Virus record (IMG/VR): IMGVR_UViG_3300027690_000133
Span: 1-33,212 of that record
Direction: 5' to 3' (one strand)
Origin: a virus
Lineage: Duplodnaviria > Caudoviricetes
DNA: 33,212 nucleotides
Positions 9,020-18,732 of this stretch are shown here, one piece after another. The position numbers and the translations under genes are program-made. Numbering within the stretch: the first letter of the stretch is position 1; the number at the start of each line of letters is the position of its first letter. The notes under the pieces are model-generated. The model saw only the letters and a list, made by a program, of their open reading frames with translations, was not told where the DNA came from and did not search any database.

Positions 9020-9086
9020 TTATATTCCCTACTCTTTTTTGCTTTCTTCTGTTGATTTTTTTTCTTCGGGATTTTTTACGGATATA

Positions 9087-9109
9087 CTGCCCTTAATTTT
9101 TAAGGGCAG
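9087..9109. other. Perfect 9-bp hairpin CTGCCCTTA/TAAGGGCAG (possible terminator or processing site)
   Basis: Inverted repeat between late genes, T-rich on the + side; lies within a roughly 32-aa - strand ORF. Confidence 0.45.
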
Positions 9110-9134
9110 ATTTATTTTAATTTTCATGTTAACC

Positions 9135-9497
9135 TCAGAATGAAGCGGTAATAGTACCAGCGCTCACCGTGGCCCCGGCGGAAACGACAGTATTGTCGAT
9201 ATCTAAATCCTGGCCACTCGTCGCCACAACACCGGAATATTGAGCGGCAGGGGCGCTTGTATACATCGTGAATTTTGCAACAGTCCCACCCGTTGCGCTT
9301 GAATCAGCGGTTATGGTTTTAAATGTAGCGCTTCCGCCTGACGGTGTATTTAAGGCATTACTCCCGTCACTCGACAGGGTGAGCGTTGCCACCTCTGCAT
9401 CGCCGGAAGTCTGAAGCACGAGAGTACCGCCGGAAAGAGCCGCACCCACTGCGGTAAGAAGTGTATTTTTTAAAGCGTCTGTCATGGTTATAGCCAT
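9135..9497 (-). CDS. Small virion structural protein heading the fibre module
   Basis: Ala/Thr/Ser/Gly-rich 120 aa (KNTLL...ITADSSATGGTVAKF); GAGGT SD. Confidence 0.7.
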   Translation of the reverse strand: MAITMTDALKNTLLTAVGAALSGGTLVLQTSGDAEVATLTLSSDGSNALNTPSGGSATFKTITADSSATGGTVAKFTMYTSAPAAQYSGVVATSGQDLDIDNTVVSAGATVSAGTITASF

Positions 9498-9500
9498 TGT

Positions 9501-9746
9501 TTACCTCGTGAAATATTTTATTAAAAATTGGATTATTGTCGTATAACGAACAACGAAATATATATTAAACATCACCGATATAAGTGATATTGTTTGCCAC
9601 AGTTCCCGGCGTCGCCAGGTGTAGAGAAAGGCGATCATTTCCCAGGGTCCATTTACGTCTTTTAAACCCTTCGCCATGAGTATGCGTTCTTTGCTTGACT
9701 CTTTCATCACACCCCCAGGATTGATGACGGGTCTATTTTCCGCCAT
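9501..9746 (-). CDS. Small membrane protein (holin-like candidate)
   Basis: Hydrophobic C-terminal helix; adjacent to the endolysin; start uncertain. Confidence 0.5.
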   Translation of the reverse strand: MAENRPVINPGGVMKESSKERILMAKGLKDVNGPWEMIAFLYTWRRRELWQTISLISVMFNIYFVVRYTTIIQFLIKYFTR

Positions 9747-10129
9747 TTTTTATCATACAAATCAAAATGCAAATGTGCGCCGAATGAATACCCGTAGTCT
9801 CCATATTGCCCTAAAATATCACCTTCATTGACAAAGTCGTTTTTACTAACCGTGTTTTGTCCTAAGTGTAAATAACGCGCATAATAATAATTGCCGTTTA
9901 TCGTGTGTTTAACGATTATCATATTACCGGCAGAATGGTGTTTGTCTACCCATCGGAGAGCGTCGTTATAATTGTCCATGTCATACTCAACTATACCGTT
10001 GGCTATCGCATAAACATTTTTATCATCCGACTTGCTGACAAAATCTATTCCATCGTGAAATTCTTTTTTACCCTTTAAAATACGGTATCCATAGGGGCTT
10101 GATATTCGGTAATCTTTTACAGGTATCAT
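9707..10129 (-). CDS. M23 family peptidase endolysin
   Basis: ISSPYGYR...FHDGIDF, YLHL, G.SFGAHLHF...IDP motifs. Confidence 0.9.
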   Translation of the reverse strand: MIPVKDYRISSPYGYRILKGKKEFHDGIDFVSKSDDKNVYAIANGIVEYDMDNYNDALRWVDKHHSAGNMIIVKHTINGNYYYARYLHLGQNTVSKNDFVNEGDILGQYGDYGYSFGAHLHFDLYDKKWRKIDPSSILGV

Positions 10130-10359
10130 CGATTAAAACCCCTCCTCACTGCGTCACGTAATCGGTGTTTATATTCATCGGGGAAACATTGCCCGGTAAA
10201 ATCGACGGCCTCATTAACGGCAGAGGACAATTGCTCCCCGACATCCTCACCCGCACTCTCAAAGTCGTGTATTGTTTCAAAATGCCGATCGTACACCCGA
10301 AAAAAAGCAACGATAAGCGCGCTTTTAATCGCTCTATATATACTTTTAACTTTTCCCAT
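10126..10359 (-). CDS. Hypothetical protein
   Basis: ORF in the lysis cluster; likely start MGKVK at 10359. Confidence 0.55.
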   Translation of the reverse strand: MGKVKSIYRAIKSALIVAFFRVYDRHFETIHDFESAGEDVGEQLSSAVNEAVDFTGQCFPDEYKHRLRDAVRRGFNR

Positions 10360-10360
10360 C

Positions 10361-10528
10361 TCATACCTTATTACCACGTATCATGAATTTTACCCACGCC
10401 CTGCACTGGTCGAGGCATTTCTCTTTATTGAGTGCGTTACAATTTTCTCTATTTTCGCACGCTTCCCTGCAGGCAAACTGAATAAAATCTATTGCAAGGT
10501 TGTATATCTTATCTGTTGTGTCTGACAT
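10361..10528 (-). CDS. Cys-rich hypothetical protein, 55 aa
   Basis: Translated by hand: MSDTTDKIYNLAIDFIQFACREACENRENCNALNKEKCLDQCRAWVKFMIRGNKV; fills the gap in the operon. Confidence 0.55.
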   Translation of the reverse strand: MSDTTDKIYNLAIDFIQFACREACENRENCNALNKEKCLDQCRAWVKFMIRGNKV

Positions 10529-10844
10529 CACAGATGACCTTTAAATTATCAACGTCTGATTTTATCCCGCGCACGTCTTCCCGTGTTTCATTGAGTCTGT
10601 CATTGTATGATATATCCCTGTGCCACATTTGCTGATTGATTTCTTTTATCTCTTCATTCACATAACGCCTGTCATGCTCTCTTTCGTCTTGTAGTTCTTT
10701 AATATCCGCGTTGTGTTTAATTAACCATTCCCGGAAGTCGCGTATTTGACGGCTCCATATATAACCAATGAGAACCACAACGAAAGATATAACAGGAGTA
10801 ATGTAGTTAAAAACTTGTTCAAATATGTTTGTCGTGTTATCCAT
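10509..10844 (-). CDS. TM + coiled-coil protein (holin/lysis-associated candidate)
   Basis: Single N-terminal TM helix then coiled coil; first gene after the tail fibre. Confidence 0.6.
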   Translation of the reverse strand: MDNTTNIFEQVFNYITPVISFVVVLIGYIWSRQIRDFREWLIKHNADIKELQDEREHDRRYVNEEIKEINQQMWHRDISYNDRLNETREDVRGIKSDVDNLKVICDVRHNR

Positions 10845-10845
10845 T

Positions 10846-11484
10846 TCATATTAACGCTCTCACAAATTTTCGTACTATAAATGATTTCCCGCGCGTTTCA
10901 TCGTCATCGGTTTTTGCTGTGTTGGGCGATATTGATTGTGAGCTGTCAAAATCCAGCTCGTAACCAGTACCGGCTGCATAGGTTGGAAGATTTGTCGTTT
11001 CGTCACCAACTATAAAAACTCCATCTACTTCATAACCAGCACGCATTGGGCCACCGTTAGTATAGCCCTTATTGAACGATCCGGTAATTCTCTGCATCGC
11101 ATCTTCAAGCAATGTTCCGGCGTTTCCAGTGTCAGTCCCTTTTATCCGTTCGGTCCTATTATACAAGTTTGGTATTTCAATATTTGCCCCATTAACCCAT
11201 TCAGGACGGGCGGCGGCTAATAAAGGATAACTGGAAGCGGTTACGTTATACGTCGCGTTTGATGGGTTTCCGGAATCAGCCATTTCTAAATATTTACCGC
11301 TATTTATTAAGGCCGTAGCCTCTGTTTCGCTGTATGCCGTTCGTGTTTTGCCTATCTCAGCCATTGCAGAAATTACAGCCCAGGTTAAGGCCACATAATC
11401 ACCGCCCGATTTTTCCGCTAAAAATTCGGTAGTGCTTGCAATAGATGTTTCGTTTGCGTAACCCGAAATTGTTTTATTTCCCAT
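10846..11484 (-). CDS. Short tail fibre (collar-domain-like)
   Basis: SYPLL...IPNL...R..G......GT..EDAMQRITG...FDSS...ETR pattern typical of tail-fibre C-termini. Confidence 0.8.
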   Translation of the reverse strand: MGNKTISGYANETSIASTTEFLAEKSGGDYVALTWAVISAMAEIGKTRTAYSETEATALINSGKYLEMADSGNPSNATYNVTASSYPLLAAARPEWVNGANIEIPNLYNRTERIKGTDTGNAGTLLEDAMQRITGSFNKGYTNGGPMRAGYEVDGVFIVGDETTNLPTYAAGTGYELDFDSSQSISPNTAKTDDDETRGKSFIVRKFVRALI

Positions 11485-13301
11485 TATATCGCCGTCGCCC
11501 CTAAAATATAATTTCCCTCGCCATCAACAAGAAAATCCCCGTCACCATCCACTATGTAATCATAAGTCACGCTCGTTCTCGGATCGGCCTTCACATAACG
11601 CATAGTTAGTTCAATTTCGTATTTATCAGGAATCTTTTTAGGATTCAAAATTTCATAAACTTTATAATCCGGCGTTCCCCCGACACGATAATACGGATCA
11701 CAGATTATAAAATCCATCACCTCAATGTCATAAAACACTTCGGAATCGGTTTCAAATTTAACCGACCGTGTTATGATGTCTTTGACGTCCGATGAGTAAT
11801 CGAGAATTGTCTGTGATTTTAGTATTGCATCGGCTTCGGTAGTCAGGCCGGTTTCGATAGTCTTCTTGTTATACGTTTTATACGTCTCGTATGCCGTGGC
11901 TTCGTAGTCTTTGTTTTCGTACTGATAGTATTCATCATTATCAATATCGTGATTGTATTTAATTACGGCGGATGTTAAGAATTGATCTTGATTGTCGTCA
12001 ATCTTTGGTTCGTCAATCCAGTCATCAACTAGAATTACTTTTGAATACATTCTGTCAGCGTTGTAAATCCGTATTGAGTAACGCCCGTCATCCTGGACAA
12101 AGAAAACAGCGTCAATGTCTGAGCATAGTTGTTCTATTACCTCTTTGACTTTTTTGTCATCGTCAACGTATATCGAAGTAGAGCGGGAAGCAGCCGAGGC
12201 CACGTTTACGGCGTTGACATTCCAAAATGAATTGAGATATGGTTTCTTGTCGTAGTTAGTGATGATGTCTTTTATAATCTCAACACCATTAGACGGCGAC
12301 ACGGTGAAGGAGGCTGTTACGTTATCGCCTGGTGTATAGTAAGTGCTTGAAAGCGTGAACGTCCCGGTCGTTGGTGAAAGTGTGGCATGTGAAAGTTGAT
12401 CCACTCCCTCAACCCACACGCCATCAAGTGACGTGGTGTGATTCCATTCGGCGTCATGTAAAAGAAAAGTGTATGTGCTTGTACTTTCTTCTTCGTTGAG
12501 ACAAATACATGGAGCGTTTCTTATCGACCCATAGGCAACTGGTTTCGGCTTGTCCACGTTGGACTCGGAAAGGTCGGGATAGTCGGCAAGCGTCAGGAGG
12601 TTATCGGCCAGGGCTTGTGTGAGGCGTTTTCTTATATCCTCGTTTGTAATCGTAATCTTTTCCCATGTTCTCGAAGTCTTTCCCATCGACCCGGTAAACA
12701 TTGCCCGTAAGTCTGCGTAAGCATCCCCTGCGTGGCCCCATAAAATCCGCGATGGTTGGGCATATAAATTTCTTGAACGCCAATCGTCAAACGTGCCTTC
12801 ATGATTTATTAAGTCCACGTTTCCCGATGTGAATTTTAACAGGCCGTAAAATCCGGCGTCTTTCTCCCGGCTCACGGAAAAAATCTTGCTGATAATCGGC
12901 TCGTAATACGAGTCATTGAAATAATATGTCTCATTGGACCCCAAAGTAAAGCCAGTGGCAGCACCGAAGAAAATATTATATCCCCACGGTGGTTCAAAGT
13001 CATCAAAATGCACATAAAGCCGCGTAGTTGCCGGATCATAATAAAAAGATGAGTCCGTCAAGAGGCAATCGGCCACCGATTCTGTCGGGCTGTAATATAT
13101 CCCGTTGGCTCGGAGTGACTTGATATTATATACTATTGTATTGGCGTAGTCATACGTCCCGGTCTCTGATTGGTCGTCAGTGATAGTAATTGACCGGGGA
13201 GTTATGACGATAAACCACAGGCCCGCCCCGGCACTTAACCAGTAAGCCATAGTTACAGGTTCGTCATATTCATATAATAATATATATTGTGGAGTTGCCA
13301 T
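11484..13301 (-). CDS. Tail tip / baseplate hub protein
   Basis: 605 aa, KPKPVAYG motif, position downstream of TMP and distal tail. Confidence 0.7.
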   Translation of the reverse strand: MATPQYILLYEYDEPVTMAYWLSAGAGLWFIVITPRSITITDDQSETGTYDYANTIVYNIKSLRANGIYYSPTESVADCLLTDSSFYYDPATTRLYVHFDDFEPPWGYNIFFGAATGFTLGSNETYYFNDSYYEPIISKIFSVSREKDAGFYGLLKFTSGNVDLINHEGTFDDWRSRNLYAQPSRILWGHAGDAYADLRAMFTGSMGKTSRTWEKITITNEDIRKRLTQALADNLLTLADYPDLSESNVDKPKPVAYGSIRNAPCICLNEEESTSTYTFLLHDAEWNHTTSLDGVWVEGVDQLSHATLSPTTGTFTLSSTYYTPGDNVTASFTVSPSNGVEIIKDIITNYDKKPYLNSFWNVNAVNVASAASRSTSIYVDDDKKVKEVIEQLCSDIDAVFFVQDDGRYSIRIYNADRMYSKVILVDDWIDEPKIDDNQDQFLTSAVIKYNHDIDNDEYYQYENKDYEATAYETYKTYNKKTIETGLTTEADAILKSQTILDYSSDVKDIITRSVKFETDSEVFYDIEVMDFIICDPYYRVGGTPDYKVYEILNPKKIPDKYEIELTMRYVKADPRTSVTYDYIVDGDGDFLVDGEGNYILGATAI

Positions 13302-13319
13302 TTTATTTGATTATTTTAC

Positions 13320-13348
13320 TTGACTTTTCGATTCTATTATATTATTTT
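13320..13348 (+). promoter_or_regulatory. Putative promoter TTGACT-N17-TATTTT for the moron gene
   Basis: AT-rich intergenic region, followed by AAGGAG SD. Confidence 0.45.
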
Positions 13349-13377
13349 ATCATATATCACAAAAAGGAGTTTGAATT

Positions 13378-13662
13378 ATGAAAAAGACACTGTTTATAAT
13401 CATGATTGCCTTCTTGATGTCCGGCTGCATTACAACCGGAAAAAGTATTTACTGTAAAAGTGGCCGAATTATCACCATTGACGACAGAGTTTTTGAATTT
13501 GAAGGGGCGGAAGTTTTCCGGAATCAATGGATAACTGTTGTAAAACAACCTCACGCAATCTATCAAATAGCCAATAAAGATATAAAATATATTTCGGTTG
13601 CTTCTTACTATGTTAAAACCGGAGTCCATATTGGCATGCCGTATTTAGAAAAACAGTTTTAG
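13378..13662 (+). CDS. Moron lipoprotein, antisense to the tail operon
   Basis: MKK + hydrophobic stretch + LMSG-C lipobox; AAGGAG SD. Confidence 0.75.
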   Translation: MKKTLFIIMIAFLMSGCITTGKSIYCKSGRIITIDDRVFEFEGAEVFRNQWITVVKQPHAIYQIANKDIKYISVASYYVKTGVHIGMPYLEKQF

Positions 13663-14513
13663 TATAGTTGTGTAATCGACACCCTGCCGCCACATTGACC
13701 TAGTGTATCACTATTATAAGTTGCTATGTTTATACTTAAGGTATCCCCACTTATAAAATTATAAATAAAAGAGGTATTAAGGTTTGTTTCTTCGGTCCCC
13801 CCAGTAGCGGGTGGTGTCGATTGTCCAATATCAAGATATGTACTTGAATTTATTATTACATACATGCTTACGTTTCTGCTTGCAGACAAAATAGACGTTG
13901 CTTTCATATTTATATTTATAAGATATAAACCCGATTTTGAAATGGTAACCGAGTCTGCACCAACCTCTCCAAGTGCATCCATTGTTTCGGAACTTGTAGC
14001 TATCCCAGTAATCGAATAGGCGCTGACCGGCGTTTCGTCGACATTATATGATATATAAGGGACAAACCTATTTTTAAATTTACCACCGGTATATTTTTTA
14101 TATGAAGCCGTTGCTTTTATTATTACATAATTAAGATACTTATAGTTGGCATAATCCCCGGTCCCATACCATCCCTGTTTAGAATCGCTCCACGTCGGGG
14201 CTGTTGCCGTAAATGCCGCTGTACACGTAGACGCGTCACCACTTGGAATCATGCAGATATAAATAGTACCATCGGCAACGGCTGAAGATGTCACGGGGTC
14301 CGTCGTGGAAATTGCTTCCTCTGTGGCGGCACGATAAAGAGATCCGTTGACCTCGATCTTTGAACCGGCGGCGATTGCCGGGACCGTAGTTGAGTCGTAC
14401 TCTGTAAGGGAATAACTATTTTGATAGAGCGCGTCAACCGTGGTTTGTAGTGCCAGTATGTCGGTGTCATCGTTGGCGAAATTATTTATCTTATCAAGTG
14501 GCATTAAAAACAC
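13659..14513 (-). CDS. Tail-associated protein with C-terminal C1q/TNF-like receptor-binding region
   Basis: VTISKSGLYLIN...GDTLSI pattern; AT-richer C-terminal half. Confidence 0.65.
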   Translation of the reverse strand: MFLMPLDKINNFANDDTDILALQTTVDALYQNSYSLTEYDSTTVPAIAAGSKIEVNGSLYRAATEEAISTTDPVTSSAVADGTIYICMIPSGDASTCTAAFTATAPTWSDSKQGWYGTGDYANYKYLNYVIIKATASYKKYTGGKFKNRFVPYISYNVDETPVSAYSITGIATSSETMDALGEVGADSVTISKSGLYLININMKATSILSASRNVSMYVIINSSTYLDIGQSTPPATGGTEETNLNTSFIYNFISGDTLSINIATYNSDTLGQCGGRVSITQLY

Positions 14514-15259
14514 TCCTCAATTTTTAGACTAAAATTCCATAGAAGACCATGAGACTGTGACCGCTGGAATTGTGGTATCTCAATAAGCGAGCAATAAATC
14601 GGGGCTTGTATGTCCAGGCTATCTTCCCATATACACATGATAAAACATTCAGTAACGTCCACCGCCGTGGTAAAAGTCTGGACCGCTATTTTATTGGTGT
14701 TTGAAACATCGGTAAAATTTATCTCTGCGCCCTGGGACTGGATTCTCCTGTCACCGTATAGCTGGCCGGATGGCGACTTTGTGGCGATAGAATTAGAGTT
14801 CGGCCCCACAATTAGGCCGGGATTCATGCCCGGGAAAGTGGTATAGGTACCAAGAAATACTTGCGATACTTGAATATAAGTGTCTGGATTGGACGCGTCA
14901 TCTATCCATAATCGCCAGTATTGATATGATTGAGTCGTAAAGGTTTTTAAATATATCCCGTCAAACAAATCTGACGTTGTTATGGACTGCGAAAATGACG
15001 GGCTTGTCCATACATCTGTAGCGTTCCCCTCTAAGGTTATCGTCGCACTGGAAGAAATGTTATTATCAAGAATACACACACAAGAGACAGACACAGCTCC
15101 AGTAAATGAAAACTTGATCCACTCATCATCATCGTCGGTTGTCCTCCCCACTCTCGAAAGTCGCTTGTCGTTAAAAGCAGTTGTAAAATCATAATCAGGA
15201 TTTTCAGTGCTTGCCGTGATCGTGGCGTCTCCCACTAAATTGTCATAAGGTATTATCAT
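14504..15259 (-). CDS. Distal tail-like protein (discoidin-like)
   Basis: Immediately after TMP; YQYWRLWI motif. Confidence 0.7.
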   Translation of the reverse strand: MIIPYDNLVGDATITASTENPDYDFTTAFNDKRLSRVGRTTDDDDEWIKFSFTGAVSVSCVCILDNNISSSATITLEGNATDVWTSPSFSQSITTSDLFDGIYLKTFTTQSYQYWRLWIDDASNPDTYIQVSQVFLGTYTTFPGMNPGLIVGPNSNSIATKSPSGQLYGDRRIQSQGAEINFTDVSNTNKIAVQTFTTAVDVTECFIMCIWEDSLDIQAPIYCSLIEIPQFQRSQSHGLLWNFSLKIEECF

Positions 15260-17193
15260 GTAAACACCGCCCTTTTAGGAATAAGCAAATCGCCGTTTTC
15301 CATAGCGTCCATTAGCTCACTAAACATGGATTTTCTCGTACCAACTACCCGGTAAACCTCTTGACCCCCGCTAATATTATTTCTATGCCGTGGATCAGAG
15401 GAGGTTAAAACCTCTTCCCCGCTATTAAGCCAGGCGGGAACTTTATCACCCGTAAAGCTCGTACCTGGTACAATTCCACCCTCGGCAAATTTAGGAGGCT
15501 GAGGCTTGGATGCAATCACGGCACCAAGATTTAGACCGGCGGCGGCGGCGGCGGCTGTACCCATTGCAAGGGGAAACCAGGGGAGCATAAACCACGGGGC
15601 TTGAAAGCCTGACGCAATGGCGTTCATCGTTGCAAGGGGAATCTGAAGCGTGGCAGATGTAACTTGAAATTGCCATGAAGCGAGAGCGGCTTTATATTCC
15701 AGGTCTGCTTTTTTCTTGCGGTACTTTTCCTCAATTTGTGCCTTGACCAAAGCACGTCTTTTTTCCTCGATGTCTAAGGCGTCGCCCGTAGCGACGGCGG
15801 CGTCGTATTCCCTTTGAGCCTGTTCCGCGCTTGTTTCTTCGGCCACTCCTGCGGCTTCCAGTTCGGCTTGCATTTGTGCGTCAAGTTGATCTATTCGTTT
15901 TTGATATATGGCATCAGTGAGGGCGGAGGCTCCCGATAATATACCTGTTATAGACTGGCTTACCATGTTAAAGGTTTGGTTCACCTGGTCTATTTTCTTT
16001 CGTACCTTCTCCCACGCTTTTTCCATATCGCCAGTTTTTTTAGCGGCATCGTCGGTAGTTGCGGCGACACTCCTTGTCTTATCTTTGGCGGCTTCCTGTT
16101 CTTTCCCGACGTTTTTCCATGCGGTTAAAGATTCATTTAATTTCTTGTTTAACTTTGTGGCCTCATCATTAGCCACGGCCCAGGTTGCATATATACCCAT
16201 CGCGGACTTAGCGATTTCTTTTGATACCGATTCAAGTCCTAAGGCGTTAGCGAGTTCTGCCATTTTACGAACCGTTTCAAACACAAGACGGGCAACGTCG
16301 GCGTCAGCTTCCCTTATCCACGCTTTAACCTGTAAAGTGGCAATTCTGAAGGCCAGTAGAGTGTAAGCAACAAATGAGCCGAGTCCTTTTCCTATTTCTC
16401 CAACCTCCCCGGCAGCGTCTATTAAATCACGTTGAAACATTCGTAAAACCGGCAGAACCTGAGAGCCAATATTTACTTTGGTATCTTCTAAAATAGCATT
16501 CAAAACTCTTTGTTGATTAGCGAAGGAATCGGATGATCGGGCAAAGTCTCCCAGGGCATTTTTAGATTGTTTATATGCAAGGGTTAGCGTGGCCTGTGCT
16601 TTCTCCTGTCTTGTTGCCGTTTCGTATGACTTGCCCTGTGATTCTATAAACTCTTTAAGGTCGGCGTCCATTATGGCTATACCTAAAGATTTAAGAGCTT
16701 CCCGCTCCCCTAATAAACCTTTAGTAAGTGCCGCGCTTGCACCTTCGGCGCCCCCCGCGTAGTTGGTAAATGACGCAAGGTCCACGGCAAGAGTATTAAC
16801 TTGTTCCGACATATCCAAGGCGGCTTGTTGAGAAAACCCGAACCCCGTTAAAAGGTCTCCGGTATCTGATAGAAGCTGTTTAGAGGCGGTGGAAGAAAGG
16901 CCGTAATTCTTGGCAAGGTTTCGGGCTACGTCACCCGCCTGTTTTTGAATGGACGAAAATACAACGCCGAATTTCTGCGCGGTTTCCTCGGCATCTGACG
17001 CGGCTTTTATAACTTCTTTGGCAAAAGCGCCTATCCCTGCGGCGGCAAGAGCACCGGCAATCATCGGGCCAATGCGTTTAAAAGTGCTCCCTAAACCTGA
17101 AGCGCTTCTATCTGCCTCGGTGAGTGATTTTTTAAGGCCCGAATTATCCCCGGTAACTTTCCATACCAGTTGACCAAGTTCTATATTTGCCAT
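15256..17193 (-). CDS. Tape measure protein
   Basis: Ala-rich helical 645 aa, LAVDLASF..GERE.LK.LG motif, C-terminal FAEGGIV..G...GD.VPA.L..GE. Confidence 0.9.
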   Translation of the reverse strand: MANIELGQLVWKVTGDNSGLKKSLTEADRSASGLGSTFKRIGPMIAGALAAAGIGAFAKEVIKAASDAEETAQKFGVVFSSIQKQAGDVARNLAKNYGLSSTASKQLLSDTGDLLTGFGFSQQAALDMSEQVNTLAVDLASFTNYAGGAEGASAALTKGLLGEREALKSLGIAIMDADLKEFIESQGKSYETATRQEKAQATLTLAYKQSKNALGDFARSSDSFANQQRVLNAILEDTKVNIGSQVLPVLRMFQRDLIDAAGEVGEIGKGLGSFVAYTLLAFRIATLQVKAWIREADADVARLVFETVRKMAELANALGLESVSKEIAKSAMGIYATWAVANDEATKLNKKLNESLTAWKNVGKEQEAAKDKTRSVAATTDDAAKKTGDMEKAWEKVRKKIDQVNQTFNMVSQSITGILSGASALTDAIYQKRIDQLDAQMQAELEAAGVAEETSAEQAQREYDAAVATGDALDIEEKRRALVKAQIEEKYRKKKADLEYKAALASWQFQVTSATLQIPLATMNAIASGFQAPWFMLPWFPLAMGTAAAAAAGLNLGAVIASKPQPPKFAEGGIVPGTSFTGDKVPAWLNSGEEVLTSSDPRHRNNISGGQEVYRVVGTRKSMFSELMDAMENGDLLIPKRAVFT

Positions 17194-17413
17194 TATATCC
17201 TTTTCTTTCCGAATACTTCAAAAGGCTTTCTTTCAACTTCCCATATCCACCCTGTTATGTGTTCGGGAAATTGAGCGGCGATAATCGCGTTGTTTGTCGC
17301 CGGTATGTCCATCTTGTGTAAGTAGTAATCCATATCAAGAGGCCGCCAATATTTATTGAGTGCTGCAATTAGTCGGTCCTCATGAAAAGTTGAGTCACTT
17401 ACTGTTTTTTTTT
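17193..17413 (-). CDS. Tail assembly chaperone -1 frameshift extension (gpT-like)
   Basis: -1 frame is open from the A9 run (17405-17413) to TAA overlapping the TMP ATG: TVSDSTFHEDRLIAALNKYWRP...GKKRI. Confidence 0.85.
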
Positions 17414-17848
17414 AGGCATGTCCTTCCAGATACATTTAGTCAGAAACTCAATGATGTTATTCGGGTCAACACACCTATCCCAAAAATCGAAGTCATAGAG
17501 AAACGGCTCTTTGTATCCGTTATCGCTTAATAGTTGTTTGATGAGTTCGAAACGTTTCTGAATTACCATTTCCGAGTCGTGGGATAAAATACCAGCGGTC
17601 ATTTCTGACATATCCGATTCAAGCCTTATCATTTTGTCAAGATACCCGTCGGGCTTGTCGAATTTTAAGGCGGCCATTTCAGATGTTATGTCGGATATTT
17701 TGTCCCACTTGTTTTGAACGTCGAAAGCGACTTTCATTATTTTGTTAAATTCTCTTATGCACCAATTAGAGACAAAATCAATTTCCAGAGGGAGGGCTTT
17801 TTGCTCACCCTCCTCCCGGTATAGCAGTATATAATCAATCTTTTTCAT
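17399..17848 (-). CDS. Tail assembly chaperone (gpG-like)
   Basis: Between major tail and TMP; ends CCT AAA AAA AAA CAG TAA. Confidence 0.8.
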   Translation of the reverse strand: MKKIDYILLYREEGEQKALPLEIDFVSNWCIREFNKIMKVAFDVQNKWDKISDITSEMAALKFDKPDGYLDKMIRLESDMSEMTAGILSHDSEMVIQKRFELIKQLLSDNGYKEPFLYDFDFWDRCVDPNNIIEFLTKCIWKDMPKKKQ

Positions 17849-17865
17849 TCAAACCCCTCCCAGGA

Positions 17866-18729
17866 TTAAGAGGCTCCGTTCATTACGGTCCAGCTCATAA
17901 GCTGTTGGCCATCGGTGAGGTCGGGATCAATGTTTGCTTCAAAAGTGAGCGGCATTGTCTCGACACCGTCCGAAGTGGCACCCTTAAAGTTAAACTGCAT
18001 ACCGCCCGATTGAGGCGTTACACTGAAAAGTTCAAGCTCACGCGTTAAGCTGCTGCTGTCAGTGTGGGTGAATTTCATAGAAGCAGCGGCCAGGGTTACC
18101 GTGGAAGACCCTGCGTAAATGGTCGTTGCGGCTCTCGGAGTGTTCGCGGCGTAATCAATGGTTATACTGTAAGTCGTAGGGCTTGCGCTCTCCATGTTCG
18201 CGGCGACAAATACAATTGAGTACCCTGAGTATGAATTGGAGTCTTCAACGATAAAATATTCTTCGTCAGCCACAAGCACCTCAGGCGTTCCGTGGTTAAG
18301 GGTAACGGTTGTCACGGCGGGAGCCGTTGCCATTTTCAGTTTGGTGTCATCTGTTGAAGATGTATAGAGTACAAGTTCATACGGCACTTTAGTTTCCCAC
18401 CCTGCGGCCACGGTCTGATCGGGGATAGATGAATTTTCGGAGGCTGCCGTGGTTGTAGATGAGAATATCCCGCCCGATAGTCTTACAATATTAACAGGGT
18501 TAAGATTCATCAAGGTAAACCCGCCGGTCATTTTCATGTTCTTGATATTGTTAATAACAATTCCGGCGTTACCCGATTCAACCTTGTTTATGTCGTATTC
18601 AAGGGAACACGTAACGTCACCCTCCACCGCTCCGACGTCAGTATATGCACCCGCACCCGATTCCTTAATCTGTACCTGTGTCCCGTCGGGGATGTAAATG
18701 TAATCTTTTATAGTTGTTTGAACTGGCAT
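17866..18729 (-). CDS. Major tail tube protein (with probable inserted Ig-like domain)
   Basis: Position, DVGAVEGD motif, Thr/Ala-rich. Confidence 0.8.
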   Translation of the reverse strand: MPVQTTIKDYIYIPDGTQVQIKESGAGAYTDVGAVEGDVTCSLEYDINKVESGNAGIVINNIKNMKMTGGFTLMNLNPVNIVRLSGGIFSSTTTAASENSSIPDQTVAAGWETKVPYELVLYTSSTDDTKLKMATAPAVTTVTLNHGTPEVLVADEEYFIVEDSNSYSGYSIVFVAANMESASPTTYSITIDYAANTPRAATTIYAGSSTVTLAAASMKFTHTDSSSLTRELELFSVTPQSGGMQFNFKGATSDGVETMPLTFEANIDPDLTDGQQLMSWTVMNGAS

Positions 18730-18732
18730 AAT

